Translations under genes and position numbers: made by a program
The notes under the pieces: generated by a model
Database searches by the model: none
Told to the model about the DNA's origin: nothing
The model's input: the letters and a program-made list of their open reading frames with translations, nothing else
In this document: one piece after another, positions 51,474 to 59,749 of the stretch
Layout: the number at the start of each line of letters is the position of its first letter
Numbering within the stretch: the stretch's first letter is position 1
Source: Clostridiales bacterium
GTDB taxonomy: Bacteria; Bacillota; Clostridia; Christensenellales; UBA1242
Direction: 5' to 3'
Assembly (NCBI GenBank): GCA_015055515.1
Contig: SVIC01000003.1
Span: 15,435-79,434, forward strand
Length of the DNA stretch: 64,000 nucleotides

Positions 51474-52481
51474 TTATAGTCCCAATATGGACATGATAAC
51501 TATCGCAATATCCTCATATCCAACTTCTAGCTTTGAACTAATACCTTTGTCTCCATGCAACAAATCTGCCTTCTGGAAATGTGTAAAAGAATAGATCTGA
51601 TTATAATCTTTTCTATTCTCATAATATAGTTTGCTATATGCCTGCATATAACCATACTCATCCGATATACCGTAACTGATATATTGACCAGCTACATAAT
51701 CTAAATACAAATTGATGTATATAGAAGCATCGTTTAAGAAATTAATCTCTTGATCTTTCTCCACTCTCATTGCTGAATTAATAGTTGATGCAATGGAATC
51801 ATATAACATTGACACAGTCTCGAATTGATAATTACCATCAAAAGACTCTTCTACAACAAAGTCTCTTAATTTTATAACCAATTCCGATTGGTCTAACAAA
51901 TACTGCCTATAAATATTTCTCATCGACTCATATGAATCAATTAAGTCTTGTGTTGTAATAGCACTATCTTCCAATCCATATCTGTTTTGTAATAATACCA
52001 TGTCTTGAACTTTGTTAGACAAATTATATACCGATTCTTTATACTTACTTATTGCAGAATTTACAACACTAGTATTAGAATATTTTGCCAAATCTGCTAA
52101 TGATGCAAAATTTCCATAATATCTTATCCCTTCTGAAAGCACAGCATCATACATTGCATAGCCATAATAATAAAAATGTTCACCCTCGATGCTACCACCC
52201 TCAATAAGATTGGCTCTATCTGTCAAAAACAACCTATCCTTAGTAGTCATAATTGGTGCATGATCATCTTGATTAAAACTTAGGCTATTATTAGCGTACC
52301 CCATAGTATACAAGTCATCTATCTCATTTTGTATATCTAATGCATGCCTATAACGCATAACATCATTGGTGTTGTTATACACAGATAGATTACGATCGAT
52401 ATTAAAGAATATGAAATATACGCCTATCCCTATTCCTGCAACCAATAGTATTATTAATATTATCTTCAATGCTTTTTTCAT
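51474..52481 (-). CDS. Membrane-anchored protein of unknown function, possible distant paralog of the downstream lipoprotein
   Basis: The start at ATG 52481 (MKKALKIILIILLVAGIGIGVYFIF, GAGG RBS) is preferred over the track's 52502. It shares composition and an RYY(G/N)N(F/W) block with the 50369..51463 product. Confidence 0.65.
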   Translation of the reverse strand: MKKALKIILIILLVAGIGIGVYFIFFNIDRNLSVYNNTNDVMRYRHALDIQNEIDDLYTMGYANNSLSFNQDDHAPIMTTKDRLFLTDRANLIEGGSIEGEHFYYYGYAMYDAVLSEGIRYYGNFASLADLAKYSNTSVVNSAISKYKESVYNLSNKVQDMVLLQNRYGLEDSAITTQDLIDSYESMRNIYRQYLLDQSELVIKLRDFVVEESFDGNYQFETVSMLYDSIASTINSAMRVEKDQEINFLNDASIYINLYLDYVAGQYISYGISDEYGYMQAYSKLYYENRKDYNQIYSFTHFQKADLLHGDKGISSKLEVGYEDIAIVIMSILGL

Positions 52482-52586
52482 TGGCGCCTCATCAATAATC
52501 ATTAATTGTAGATATTTGCTATATCCAAATATTATTATATTATTAATTTAATAATCAGTCAAATTAAAAGAACAAAAATTGCAGTA

Positions 52587-53642
52587 TTACAAATTTGTAA
52601 CACCGCAATCAAATTCTCTTCGACAACTTTTCCTAGAATAACTAAGGAGAAGCACAAAGAACATTATACTGAATACACCTGTCAATGAATATAGATACTT
52701 TACAATATTACTAAATCCAAAAAGAGAGACAAATATGCCAAGTAAAATAGTTATAAACACACAGAAGTTATATGATGAAAATTTTCTATTAAGATAATCA
52801 ACTGTTATATACGAAGAACTAATAATTGTTGTGTATATGCCACAGAATTGACATATGGCAAAGATAACAGAGTAGACCGATCCCATATTAATAGATTCTG
52901 CAAGAAGAGGCATATCACTACTCATAACATGAGTGGCGGACAAAGTGATAGAAAGTGTTATAACTAGTATCATTATACCTATTATAATACTTGATATCCT
53001 ACTGCTACGCTCGATCTCTTTTGTCGAGTATTTATATCCAATCTTTATAAGCAATACACCAAGTAATAGCATATTAAAGAAAACATAAATAATTGAACTT
53101 ACAACACCACCAAAAACACTAGACAAAACATCTAAATTAGGCATTGTGATAGTCGACGAATTTGCTATGGTTGTTAACGCAATAACAGCTATAAGAATAA
53201 CTAATACCGGAACTAAAATAATATTCACTAAACGCATTCCATTGTATCTATATTTCAATGCTAATATGGTGAGTAAAATAAGCATTACAACCAAAGCATA
53301 TGCAACTAAATCATTGTATAAAATATTACCTATACTATACACTCCAGCAATCATTGCCCCTACATTAATAACGGCAGATAACACAACAACAATATTGACA
53401 AAAGTCTGCAACATTTTGTTATTGGATACAGACTTTTTGTCACCATTGTTATATTTTTTACCAAAATGTAAGCAATACTTAATAAAAATATAGAAAAACA
53501 ATATTTCTAAAATTGCACACACACATCCCACAAATCCAAACCTGGAAAAATATGTTGCAACCTCTCTGCCACTAACAAAACCAGCACCAATAAACGTACC
53601 AATAATAACACTCACAAGTTCAAAAACTTTCTTATTTGACAT
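52587..53642 (-). CDS. Polytopic membrane protein, YkvI-like (amino-acid-permease superfamily)
   Basis: The 351-aa protein has about 10-11 TM helices. Its N-terminus IIGTFIGAGFVSGREVATYF resembles the YkvI-family signature as I recall it. Its start overlaps the spoIIID stop by 11 nt. Confidence 0.5.
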   Translation of the reverse strand: MSNKKVFELVSVIIGTFIGAGFVSGREVATYFSRFGFVGCVCAILEILFFYIFIKYCLHFGKKYNNGDKKSVSNNKMLQTFVNIVVVLSAVINVGAMIAGVYSIGNILYNDLVAYALVVMLILLTILALKYRYNGMRLVNIILVPVLVILIAVIALTTIANSSTITMPNLDVLSSVFGGVVSSIIYVFFNMLLLGVLLIKIGYKYSTKEIERSSRISSIIIGIMILVITLSITLSATHVMSSDMPLLAESINMGSVYSVIFAICQFCGIYTTIISSSYITVDYLNRKFSSYNFCVFITILLGIFVSLFGFSNIVKYLYSLTGVFSIMFFVLLLSYSRKSCRREFDCGVTNL

Positions 53643-53868
53643 ATCTTCTTTTTGTTGCCAAACCTCCCCTTATATGCTTTTCAGAAAAATTCTTTATTAA
53701 TATTTTTTGTACTTTGCAATACAATGAATAATTTTGCTTTTTTAATTTGTTCGACACATCATTATGCACTGTACTTTTGCTATAAGCAAAATGCCTAGCA
53801 GTTTCTCTTATCGTACATTTATTCAATACAATATATTCAGCAAAATCTTCCGCTCGTGATCGTTGCAT
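53632..53868 (-). CDS. spoIIID: Stage III sporulation protein D (SpoIIID), HTH transcription factor
   Basis: The sequence RAEDFAEYIVLNKCTIRETARHFAYSKSTVHNDVSNKL...KHIRGGLATKRRY parallels B. subtilis SpoIIID (GVSKSTVHKDL ... RHLRGGEATK). The start is at ATG 53868, with a GGGGGTG RBS. Confidence 0.88.
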   Translation of the reverse strand: MQRSRAEDFAEYIVLNKCTIRETARHFAYSKSTVHNDVSNKLKKQNYSLYCKVQKILIKNFSEKHIRGGLATKRRYVK

Positions 53869-53941
53869 ATACACCCCCAACATAAAAAACATCTAATATT
53901 AAATCTTATGTCGAATGAGTATGAATTATATCTAATTTTGC

Positions 53942-53970
53942 AAAAAAATAACAGGCTTTTTAACCTGTTA
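53942..53970 (-). terminator. Rho-independent terminator of the Smr-like gene
   Basis: Stem TAACAGG/CCTGTTA (53949..53955 / 53964..53970) has an 8-nt loop and is followed on the - strand by T7. Confidence 0.65.
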
Positions 53971-53972
53971 TA

Positions 53973-54314
53973 TTAATACACCAGCACCACCGTCACACCA
54001 CTATTAATTCCTGATACTTGGCTATTTATACTTAACTCAGGAGCATACTTGTATATTTCTCTTACATCATCACTATCTTCCATCCAACGGTCGCCTCTTA
54101 CATAAGAGATTATTTTCTTGTCTTTTTTCAATTGAGACAACCTTCTGTCAACCTCAGTCTTAATAGCTCCACCATGCCCACTAGATCCATATCCATGTAT
54201 AAATACTATAACATGACTGCCTTCTGCCTTAGCAAACGAAATTTCTTTTTCCATTAAATATATAGCATAGTCGGTATTAGGCATACCATCTTTCAAATTT
54301 ACTAATCTATACAA
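53973..54314 (-). CDS. Smr-domain-like small protein
   Basis: The 113-aa protein has VIVFIHGYGSSGHGGAIKTEVDRRL and the C-terminal GVTVVLV, which fit the Smr (MutS2 C-terminal) domain pattern. It lacks the LHG of the canonical LDLHG. Confidence 0.5.
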   Translation of the reverse strand: MYRLVNLKDGMPNTDYAIYLMEKEISFAKAEGSHVIVFIHGYGSSGHGGAIKTEVDRRLSQLKKDKKIISYVRGDRWMEDSDDVREIYKYAPELSINSQVSGINSGVTVVLVY

Positions 54315-54320
54315 TCCCCT

Positions 54321-54869
54321 TTACTCCTTCTTCTTAATAAATGTAACAGCGATTGTGCCATAACACTTAACACTATCTACGATATAATTTTCTCCAAAAT
54401 CATATAGCTCATCGCTTCTTAAATGTTCATATATTATGAAACCATCTTCCTTCAATAATCCATATTCCTCTATCAGCCTAATCGCTTTCACTCCATAATT
54501 AGTATTAAACGGAGGATCTAAATATATGTAATCAAACTGTGCATTCATTGCAGATAACTCTTTCAACGCTTTAATATAATTACTCTTAATTAGATTTGGT
54601 CTTATCTTGCATTTAGAGTAATTTTCTGTAATCAACGACCAGCTATCCTTATTGTCATCACAGACAAATACACGGCTAGCACCCCTACTTATAGCCTCTA
54701 ATCCTATTGCACCTGTCCCACCAAATAAATCTAACCACTCACTATCCATTATCTCGAACTGTATTTTTGAAAAAACAGCCTCTCTAACTTTATCTGGAGT
54801 AGGTCTCACATTATCATAATCAAAAGTCTTTAGCTGTATACCTCTATATTTGCCAGCAACAATTCTCAT
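54321..54869 (-). CDS. rsmD: 16S rRNA (guanine966-N2)-methyltransferase RsmD
   Basis: The protein has MRIVAGKYRGIQL, RPTPDKVREAVF, the SAM motif LDLFGGTGAIGLEAISRGA and DPPF. The start is at ATG 54869. Confidence 0.9.
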   Translation of the reverse strand: MRIVAGKYRGIQLKTFDYDNVRPTPDKVREAVFSKIQFEIMDSEWLDLFGGTGAIGLEAISRGASRVFVCDDNKDSWSLITENYSKCKIRPNLIKSNYIKALKELSAMNAQFDYIYLDPPFNTNYGVKAIRLIEEYGLLKEDGFIIYEHLRSDELYDFGENYIVDSVKCYGTIAVTFIKKKE

Positions 54870-54957
54870 AAAACACATCCTTCATCAAATGTTATTTATC
54901 AATAGTACACAACTAATATATCATAGATAAAGACAATTAAAAACAAAAAAAGAAAAA

Positions 54958-56046
54958 TTATTTTTCTTTTTTTATCACAACCTCACACCTTTTATGTTTG
55001 AAATTGACTAAAATATCATATGATGATCTGTTTAATACTTTTGCCATGTCTGACAACGTAATCTTGTTATTATATTGCTCTCCCAATATCACCACTTCGC
55101 TACCTACATATACATTATCAACATTAGACACATCAACCATAAAACAATCCATACATATATTGCCTACAATTGGCGCTTTTTCACCATTTATTAACACATA
55201 GAACTTATTACTTAATCCTCTATTTATTCCATCCGCATATCCCATTGGAACAATCGCTATCTTAGACCTTTTGTTACATTTATATGTTCTATCGTAGCCT
55301 ACACATTGACCTTTTGCAACCGAATTAATCCCAATAACTCTACTCTTAATAGACAATACATTCTTTAACGCCAAGCCCTCCGCTCGTACATCACCATACA
55401 AATTTGCACCTACTCGCACCATACCCATTTGATATGTACTACTAAGCATAGTCGCAAAACTATTAGCACAATGCCTAATAATATACTTAGGTAAATTATG
55501 TACATATTCATTAAATATATCTTTTTGAATTGCGATATACTCAACATCATCTTTTTTTGTTGCGAAATGAGTATATACACCTTGCAAAATAATATTGTTG
55601 TTATGCTTTATTAATTTTAATGCCTTATTAAACTCTGATATTCTATCATACCCATATCTATTGAGTCCTGTATTAATCTTAATATGTATTTTTATAGTGC
55701 TATGCAAACCATCAATTAACGCCTTAAGATAGTTGTTATCTGAGATTGTAATTGTGAGATTATTAGCGCTACAAATATCTATATCATTAAGCGATACTGG
55801 GGCTAAGATTAGAATTGGTATACTATTATTCAATGCCCTAACCTCTAACCCCTCATCTATATTTGCAACAGCATAATAATCGACATACTCATCTATTATA
55901 GGTATAACATTCTTTACCCCCAAACCATATGCATTAGCCTTAACTACCGCACATAATTTTACCTTATCCTTCAGTAGTCTCTTAATAACACTTGCATTAC
56001 ACTTCAAATTATCTGCATCAATTACAAATTTATTAAAATATTCCAT
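54958..56046 (-). CDS. alr: Alanine racemase
   Basis: The 362-aa protein has the PLP-lysine motif AVVKANAYGLG and a C-terminal beta domain with the GYADG block. Confidence 0.92.
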   Translation of the reverse strand: MEYFNKFVIDADNLKCNASVIKRLLKDKVKLCAVVKANAYGLGVKNVIPIIDEYVDYYAVANIDEGLEVRALNNSIPILILAPVSLNDIDICSANNLTITISDNNYLKALIDGLHSTIKIHIKINTGLNRYGYDRISEFNKALKLIKHNNNIILQGVYTHFATKKDDVEYIAIQKDIFNEYVHNLPKYIIRHCANSFATMLSSTYQMGMVRVGANLYGDVRAEGLALKNVLSIKSRVIGINSVAKGQCVGYDRTYKCNKRSKIAIVPMGYADGINRGLSNKFYVLINGEKAPIVGNICMDCFMVDVSNVDNVYVGSEVVILGEQYNNKITLSDMAKVLNRSSYDILVNFKHKRCEVVIKKEK

Positions 56047-56118
56047 AATAAAATATATGCCTCAAATCAAGCGATTGATACAAAAAAATACAATTTGTAC
56101 AAAATATAATAAAAGACT

Positions 56119-56146
56119 TTGCAAGAATTAGGAATGCTGTTATACT
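56119..56146 (+). promoter_or_regulatory. Sigma-A promoter of the Rho-like gene (TTGCAA-16-TGtTATACT)
   Basis: TTGCAA lies at 56119..56124, followed by a 16-nt spacer and an extended -10 with TATACT at 56141..56146. Confidence 0.6.
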
Positions 56147-56175
56147 ATATATAAATATAATCGTAAGGAATAATT

Positions 56176-57309
56176 ATGGATCAAAAGGAATATGAACTAC
56201 AACTTAAAAGCCTAGAAAATATGGGTATTCACACCCTTAGGACTTTTGCCAGAGAGTGTGGTGTAAAGGCACCAACTACCCTAAAAAAAGAAGAACTAAT
56301 AGATCTAATAATGAAAATAAAAAAGGGAGAAATAGAGCCAGTAATTAGCAAAATGGGAAGAAAACCAAAAACACTTCCTGATTTTTCTTTTGCCACTTCA
56401 TCCAACATGGACTCTGGATTTCTATCTCTACATTCTCCTACAATATTGAGTAGCAATACACCTTGTCAAGTATTAGAATGCCAAGTAAAATTCAATGAAT
56501 TAAACAATCCAATTTTTAGATTAATAGAGAAAACTGGCAGAGTCGTGGACATACCAGTATTGCCATCTTTGCTTACTAAGCACAATCTTAAGAAAGACGA
56601 TTTAGTCACAGCAGAGATGAAGACATCTCCTGATGGATATAGTTATATAATTGGAGACATTATAACAATTAACGGCATCGATGCAACCAAATATCATAGC
56701 GATTTGTTTTATAATCTTGACAATGTACCTAACTTAATAGACTATTTAAGAATAGAAAACTTTGAGAAACATGAAGCTATAATGTATCAACCTAAGATAC
56801 TAAAAGGTAAATCTTGCTTCTATTACTATAAAGATGGCAAAAATTTGGCAAACTATATAACAGATTTTGCTAACGATATAAAAGAAGACAAGTTGCATAT
56901 AGTTATATTAAACGCCTCACACACACCTACTCCAAATATTAAAGATACTACTATATACAACATAGATTATAACAAGTCGTACGAAGAGATCTTCAAGGAT
57001 ATAATTGTTGCTAGAGAACATGTGAAAAATCTGTTCATAAGCAACCAAAAGGTCCTATTTATAATCAGTGAAATCGATGAATTGTTCAAGATCATAAATT
57101 ACAATATCACCAATACAATAAGTGATGATGTAGCACCAGACAGCCTAACCGAAGTAAGAAAACTGGTTAATTTATCTAAATACATAAGCAAACAACAGAA
57201 TTTAAGTGTTGTAACATTCTCTTCGTTTGCCACTGGCAAAAATTACAGAGATATATTAGTCTCTAACATCATACAGTATTTATACGAAGTCAAATTAGAA
57301 AGAAAATAA
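56176..57309 (+). CDS. Rho-like protein: Rho_N and Rho RNA-binding-like domains plus a RecA-like domain with degenerate Walker motifs, C-terminally shortened
   Basis: The N-terminus LENMGIHTLRTFARECGVKAPTTLKKEELIDLIMKI fits the Rho_N pattern. DIPVLPSLLTKHNLKKDDLVTAEMKTSPDGYSYIIGDIITINGID parallels E. coli Rho [43 protein letters not shown]. The P-loop position reads YYKDGKN (Rho: PPKAGKT). The Walker B position reads HIVILNASHTP (Rho: LMVLLIDERPE). Confidence 0.6.
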   Translation: MDQKEYELQLKSLENMGIHTLRTFARECGVKAPTTLKKEELIDLIMKIKKGEIEPVISKMGRKPKTLPDFSFATSSNMDSGFLSLHSPTILSSNTPCQVLECQVKFNELNNPIFRLIEKTGRVVDIPVLPSLLTKHNLKKDDLVTAEMKTSPDGYSYIIGDIITINGIDATKYHSDLFYNLDNVPNLIDYLRIENFEKHEAIMYQPKILKGKSCFYYYKDGKNLANYITDFANDIKEDKLHIVILNASHTPTPNIKDTTIYNIDYNKSYEEIFKDIIVAREHVKNLFISNQKVLFIISEIDELFKIINYNITNTISDDVAPDSLTEVRKLVNLSKYISKQQNLSVVTFSSFATGKNYRDILVSNIIQYLYEVKLERK

Positions 57310-57310
57310 A

Positions 57311-57340
57311 TAAGAAGATTGTACAAAAGCAATCTTCTTA
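57311..57340 (+). other. Strong hairpin without a proper U-tract between the Rho-like gene and the permease-like gene
   Basis: An 11-bp stem TAAGAAGATTG/CAATCTTCTTA with an 8-nt loop is followed by ATACTTTTAT. Confidence 0.6.
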
Positions 57341-57361
57341 ATACTTTTATAGAGGTACTCA

Positions 57362-58864
57362 ATGTTTATCAATTTAGGAAAAAAATTAAAGGAATCATTC
57401 TTATCCGTTATTCCTATATCCATTATTGTTCTCATATTTTCTATTACCCTATGCCCTCTTGATGTAGACACATATCTGTCTTTTGGCATAAGTGTAGTGC
57501 TATTAATTATAGGAATGGCGTTATTTACCATGGGAACAGATATATCGATGTCACAAATGGGAGAAAGTATAGGCAAAAGCTTATGCAAATCAAAAAAATT
57601 ATCTTTGATGTTAATTTGTTCAGCCTTTATTGGTTTTATTATTACATTTGCCGAACCCGATCTGGCCGTACTAGCCAAACAAATTAGTGACATGGGAATA
57701 CTGAAGCAAGAATATTTATTCATATCAGTAGTATCTATTGGCGTGGGCGTTTTTCTATTATTTGCAATACTTAAAGTAGTATTTAGATGGAAAATGTCTT
57801 ACATACTTGCAATTGGTTATTCTGTATTATTTATATTCTGTTTCCTAGTACCAGATTATATGATACCTATTGCATTTGATTCTGGCAGTGTAACCACAGG
57901 ACCAATATCTGTGCCGTTCTTAATATCTTTTGGACTAGGAATAGCATCAATCACATCTAGCAAGGATGATGACAATGCACTAGGATACATTGCCCTATCA
58001 TCGCTCGGACCAATTATCGCTGTAATGACACTAGGATTATTCTTGCCTAGGGATATCAATATAATACAACAAAGTACAGAAATAACTCACTCAGGCATTA
58101 ATGCAATACTAACAAACCTTACAGGATATCTACTGGATGTAGCAATCACCCTACTTCCCATAGTCATCATATTTGTTATATTCCAGATATTTATGTTAAA
58201 ATTGTCTAAAACAACAATCAAAAAAATTATCATTGGATTGATCTATACATATGTAGGAGTTGTATTGTTTTTAACAGGTGTCAATGCAGGATTCTTACCA
58301 ATTGCATCGAAACTGGGCAGTGTTATAGCAAGTGGCGATTTCAGTTGGATACTAATACCTTTAAGCATAGTATTGGGATACTTCATAATAGCGGCAGAGC
58401 CAGCAGTACACGTGTTAAAGAAACAAGTAGAAGAAGTAACAAATGGTGCAATAAAACAAAAAACTATTCAGACATTTGTGTCAATTGGTGTAGCAATATC
58501 AGTACTTCTTGCAATGTTAAAAACATTATATGATATTAACCTATTATACATATTGTTGCCTATATACATAATGGCGATTGTGTTATCATTTATTAATGGC
58601 AACCTATTTGTATCAATAGCTTTTGATGCAGGCGGAACAGCTACTGGAGCGATGGCTGTATCATTCATACTACCATTCATATCTGGAGTAGCAAGCGTAA
58701 TAGGCAACAACACAACCGGCTTCGGAACAATAGCATTAATCGCCGCAATGCCAATACTTACTCTACAAGTGCTAGGCTTAATGTACACAATAGCAACAAA
58801 GAAAAAAGACAGAAAGAAACGAAAGTCCAACAAAATCCATGTGGAAATTATCGAATTCGATTAA
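57362..58864 (+). CDS. Internally duplicated polytopic membrane protein (DUF1538-like permease)
   Basis: The 500-aa protein has two homologous halves visible by eye: FAEPDLAVLAKQ / AAEPAVHVLKKQ, and FDSGSVTTGPISVPFLISFGLGIAS / FDAGGTATGAMAVSFILPFISGVAS. The family name is from memory of this AEP/DxGxxxTG pattern. Confidence 0.7.
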   Translation: MFINLGKKLKESFLSVIPISIIVLIFSITLCPLDVDTYLSFGISVVLLIIGMALFTMGTDISMSQMGESIGKSLCKSKKLSLMLICSAFIGFIITFAEPDLAVLAKQISDMGILKQEYLFISVVSIGVGVFLLFAILKVVFRWKMSYILAIGYSVLFIFCFLVPDYMIPIAFDSGSVTTGPISVPFLISFGLGIASITSSKDDDNALGYIALSSLGPIIAVMTLGLFLPRDINIIQQSTEITHSGINAILTNLTGYLLDVAITLLPIVIIFVIFQIFMLKLSKTTIKKIIIGLIYTYVGVVLFLTGVNAGFLPIASKLGSVIASGDFSWILIPLSIVLGYFIIAAEPAVHVLKKQVEEVTNGAIKQKTIQTFVSIGVAISVLLAMLKTLYDINLLYILLPIYIMAIVLSFINGNLFVSIAFDAGGTATGAMAVSFILPFISGVASVIGNNTTGFGTIALIAAMPILTLQVLGLMYTIATKKKDRKKRKSNKIHVEIIEFD

Positions 58865-58874
58865 GGAGTGCGAC

Positions 58875-59219
58875 ATGAAGAACAAACATATTAACGCACC
58901 GTTCGAGATGCTAATAGCAATAGTAGAACGTGGCAAATCTAACAAAGTATCTGAAATATTGACTGCTCATGACTGCAACTATACCCTTACAACCATAGGT
59001 GAAGGAACTGCACAATCAGAAGTATCCGACATCTTCGGATTTGGAATTGTAGAAAGAGATGTTGTATGGGCTCTAGTAAATCCAATAATGTCTCAAAAAA
59101 TATTAGATGCATTAGATAAAACTTTAGAATTAAAACAACCTAGCAGAGGAATTGCTATGTGCATACCAATCAACGCCGCAACCAACCTAATGCTAGACTC
59201 GTTAGGAATTAATTATTAA
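58875..59219 (+). CDS. P-II-like signal-transduction protein, paralog 1
   Basis: The start is at ATG 58875 (AAGGAG RBS; the track's 58839 overlaps the upstream gene). The beta-alpha-beta pattern MLIAIVERGKSNKVSEIL...TIGEG... and the C-terminal SRGIAMCIPINA resemble GlnB (GDGKIFVLPVEE). Confidence 0.6.
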   Translation: MKNKHINAPFEMLIAIVERGKSNKVSEILTAHDCNYTLTTIGEGTAQSEVSDIFGFGIVERDVVWALVNPIMSQKILDALDKTLELKQPSRGIAMCIPINAATNLMLDSLGINY

Positions 59220-59229
59220 GGAGTATATA

Positions 59230-59565
59230 ATGGAAGAGAAGAATTATGATTTAATTATAACAATTGTTAATAAAGGTTATTCCGACTACGTAGTGCAAGC
59301 ATCAAGAGAAGCAGGAGCGACGGGCGGAACTATTATAAATGCATTAAGTTCTAACAGTAACGATACAGAGAAATTCCTGGGTATAACCATACAACCAGAA
59401 AAAGAAATAGTACTAACTGTAGTGGAATCAACTACTAAGAACAAAATAATGAAGGCAATAGTAGAGAATACAAACCTTGACACTATTGGAAGAGGCATGT
59501 GTTTTTCACTGCCAATATCCAAATTAACCGGCATCACCGCCCTAAATTCTAAAAACAAAAAATAA
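59230..59565 (+). CDS. P-II-like signal-transduction protein, paralog 2
   Basis: The 111-aa protein has LIITIVNKGYSDYVVQASREAGATGGTII and GRGMCFSLPISK, which match the P-II fold pattern (GlnB: EAIIKPFKLDDVKEAL..GITGMTV and GDGKIFVLPVEE). It has an AAGGAG RBS. Confidence 0.65.
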   Translation: MEEKNYDLIITIVNKGYSDYVVQASREAGATGGTIINALSSNSNDTEKFLGITIQPEKEIVLTVVESTTKNKIMKAIVENTNLDTIGRGMCFSLPISKLTGITALNSKNKK

Positions 59566-59580
59566 AAATATTTTAATATT

Positions 59581-59630
59581 AAAAATAAGGCCTTTTTATA
59601 CAAAAAATTATAAAAAGACCTTATTTTTTT
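59581..59630 (+). terminator. Terminator after the P-II pair
   Basis: A long AT-rich hairpin (arms 59584..59600 / 59609..59625, one C-A mismatch, 8-nt loop) runs into T7. Confidence 0.6.
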
Positions 59631-59691
59631 CGCAAAAAAAAGATATTTTATAAAAAAATAATATTTTTTTGAAAAACTTTGTTAAAACCCC

Positions 59692-59720
59692 TTCACAAAT
59701 GCACAAAACTGTGATAATAT
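59692..59720 (+). promoter_or_regulatory. Sigma-A promoter of the ABC exporter gene (TTCACA-17-TGaTAATAT)
   Basis: TTCACA lies at 59692..59697, followed by a 17-nt spacer and an extended -10 with TAATAT at 59715..59720. Confidence 0.55.
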
Positions 59721-59749
59721 GACATAATTTATTTTCGGAGCATCACAGA

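Noticed and set aside
52587-52600. A perfect 14-bp palindrome, TTACAAATTTGTAA, lies at the end of the YkvI-like gene.
   Set aside because: It lies within and at the stop of the coding sequence (encoding ...TNL*) and has no adjacent U-tract or promoter. It is probably a coincidence in AT-rich DNA.
53869-53941. There may be a sigma-E-type promoter (CATACTCAT -10-like element) upstream of spoIIID.
   Set aside because: The -10-like element is present, but I could not find a matching -35 (kmATATT) at the expected ~14-bp spacing. It is too weak to annotate.
57295-57723. A 142-aa - strand ORF overlaps the end of the Rho-like gene and the start of the permease-like gene.
   Set aside because: It is antisense to a membrane-protein gene whose internal duplication gives strong coding evidence. 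It also crosses the intergenic hairpin.
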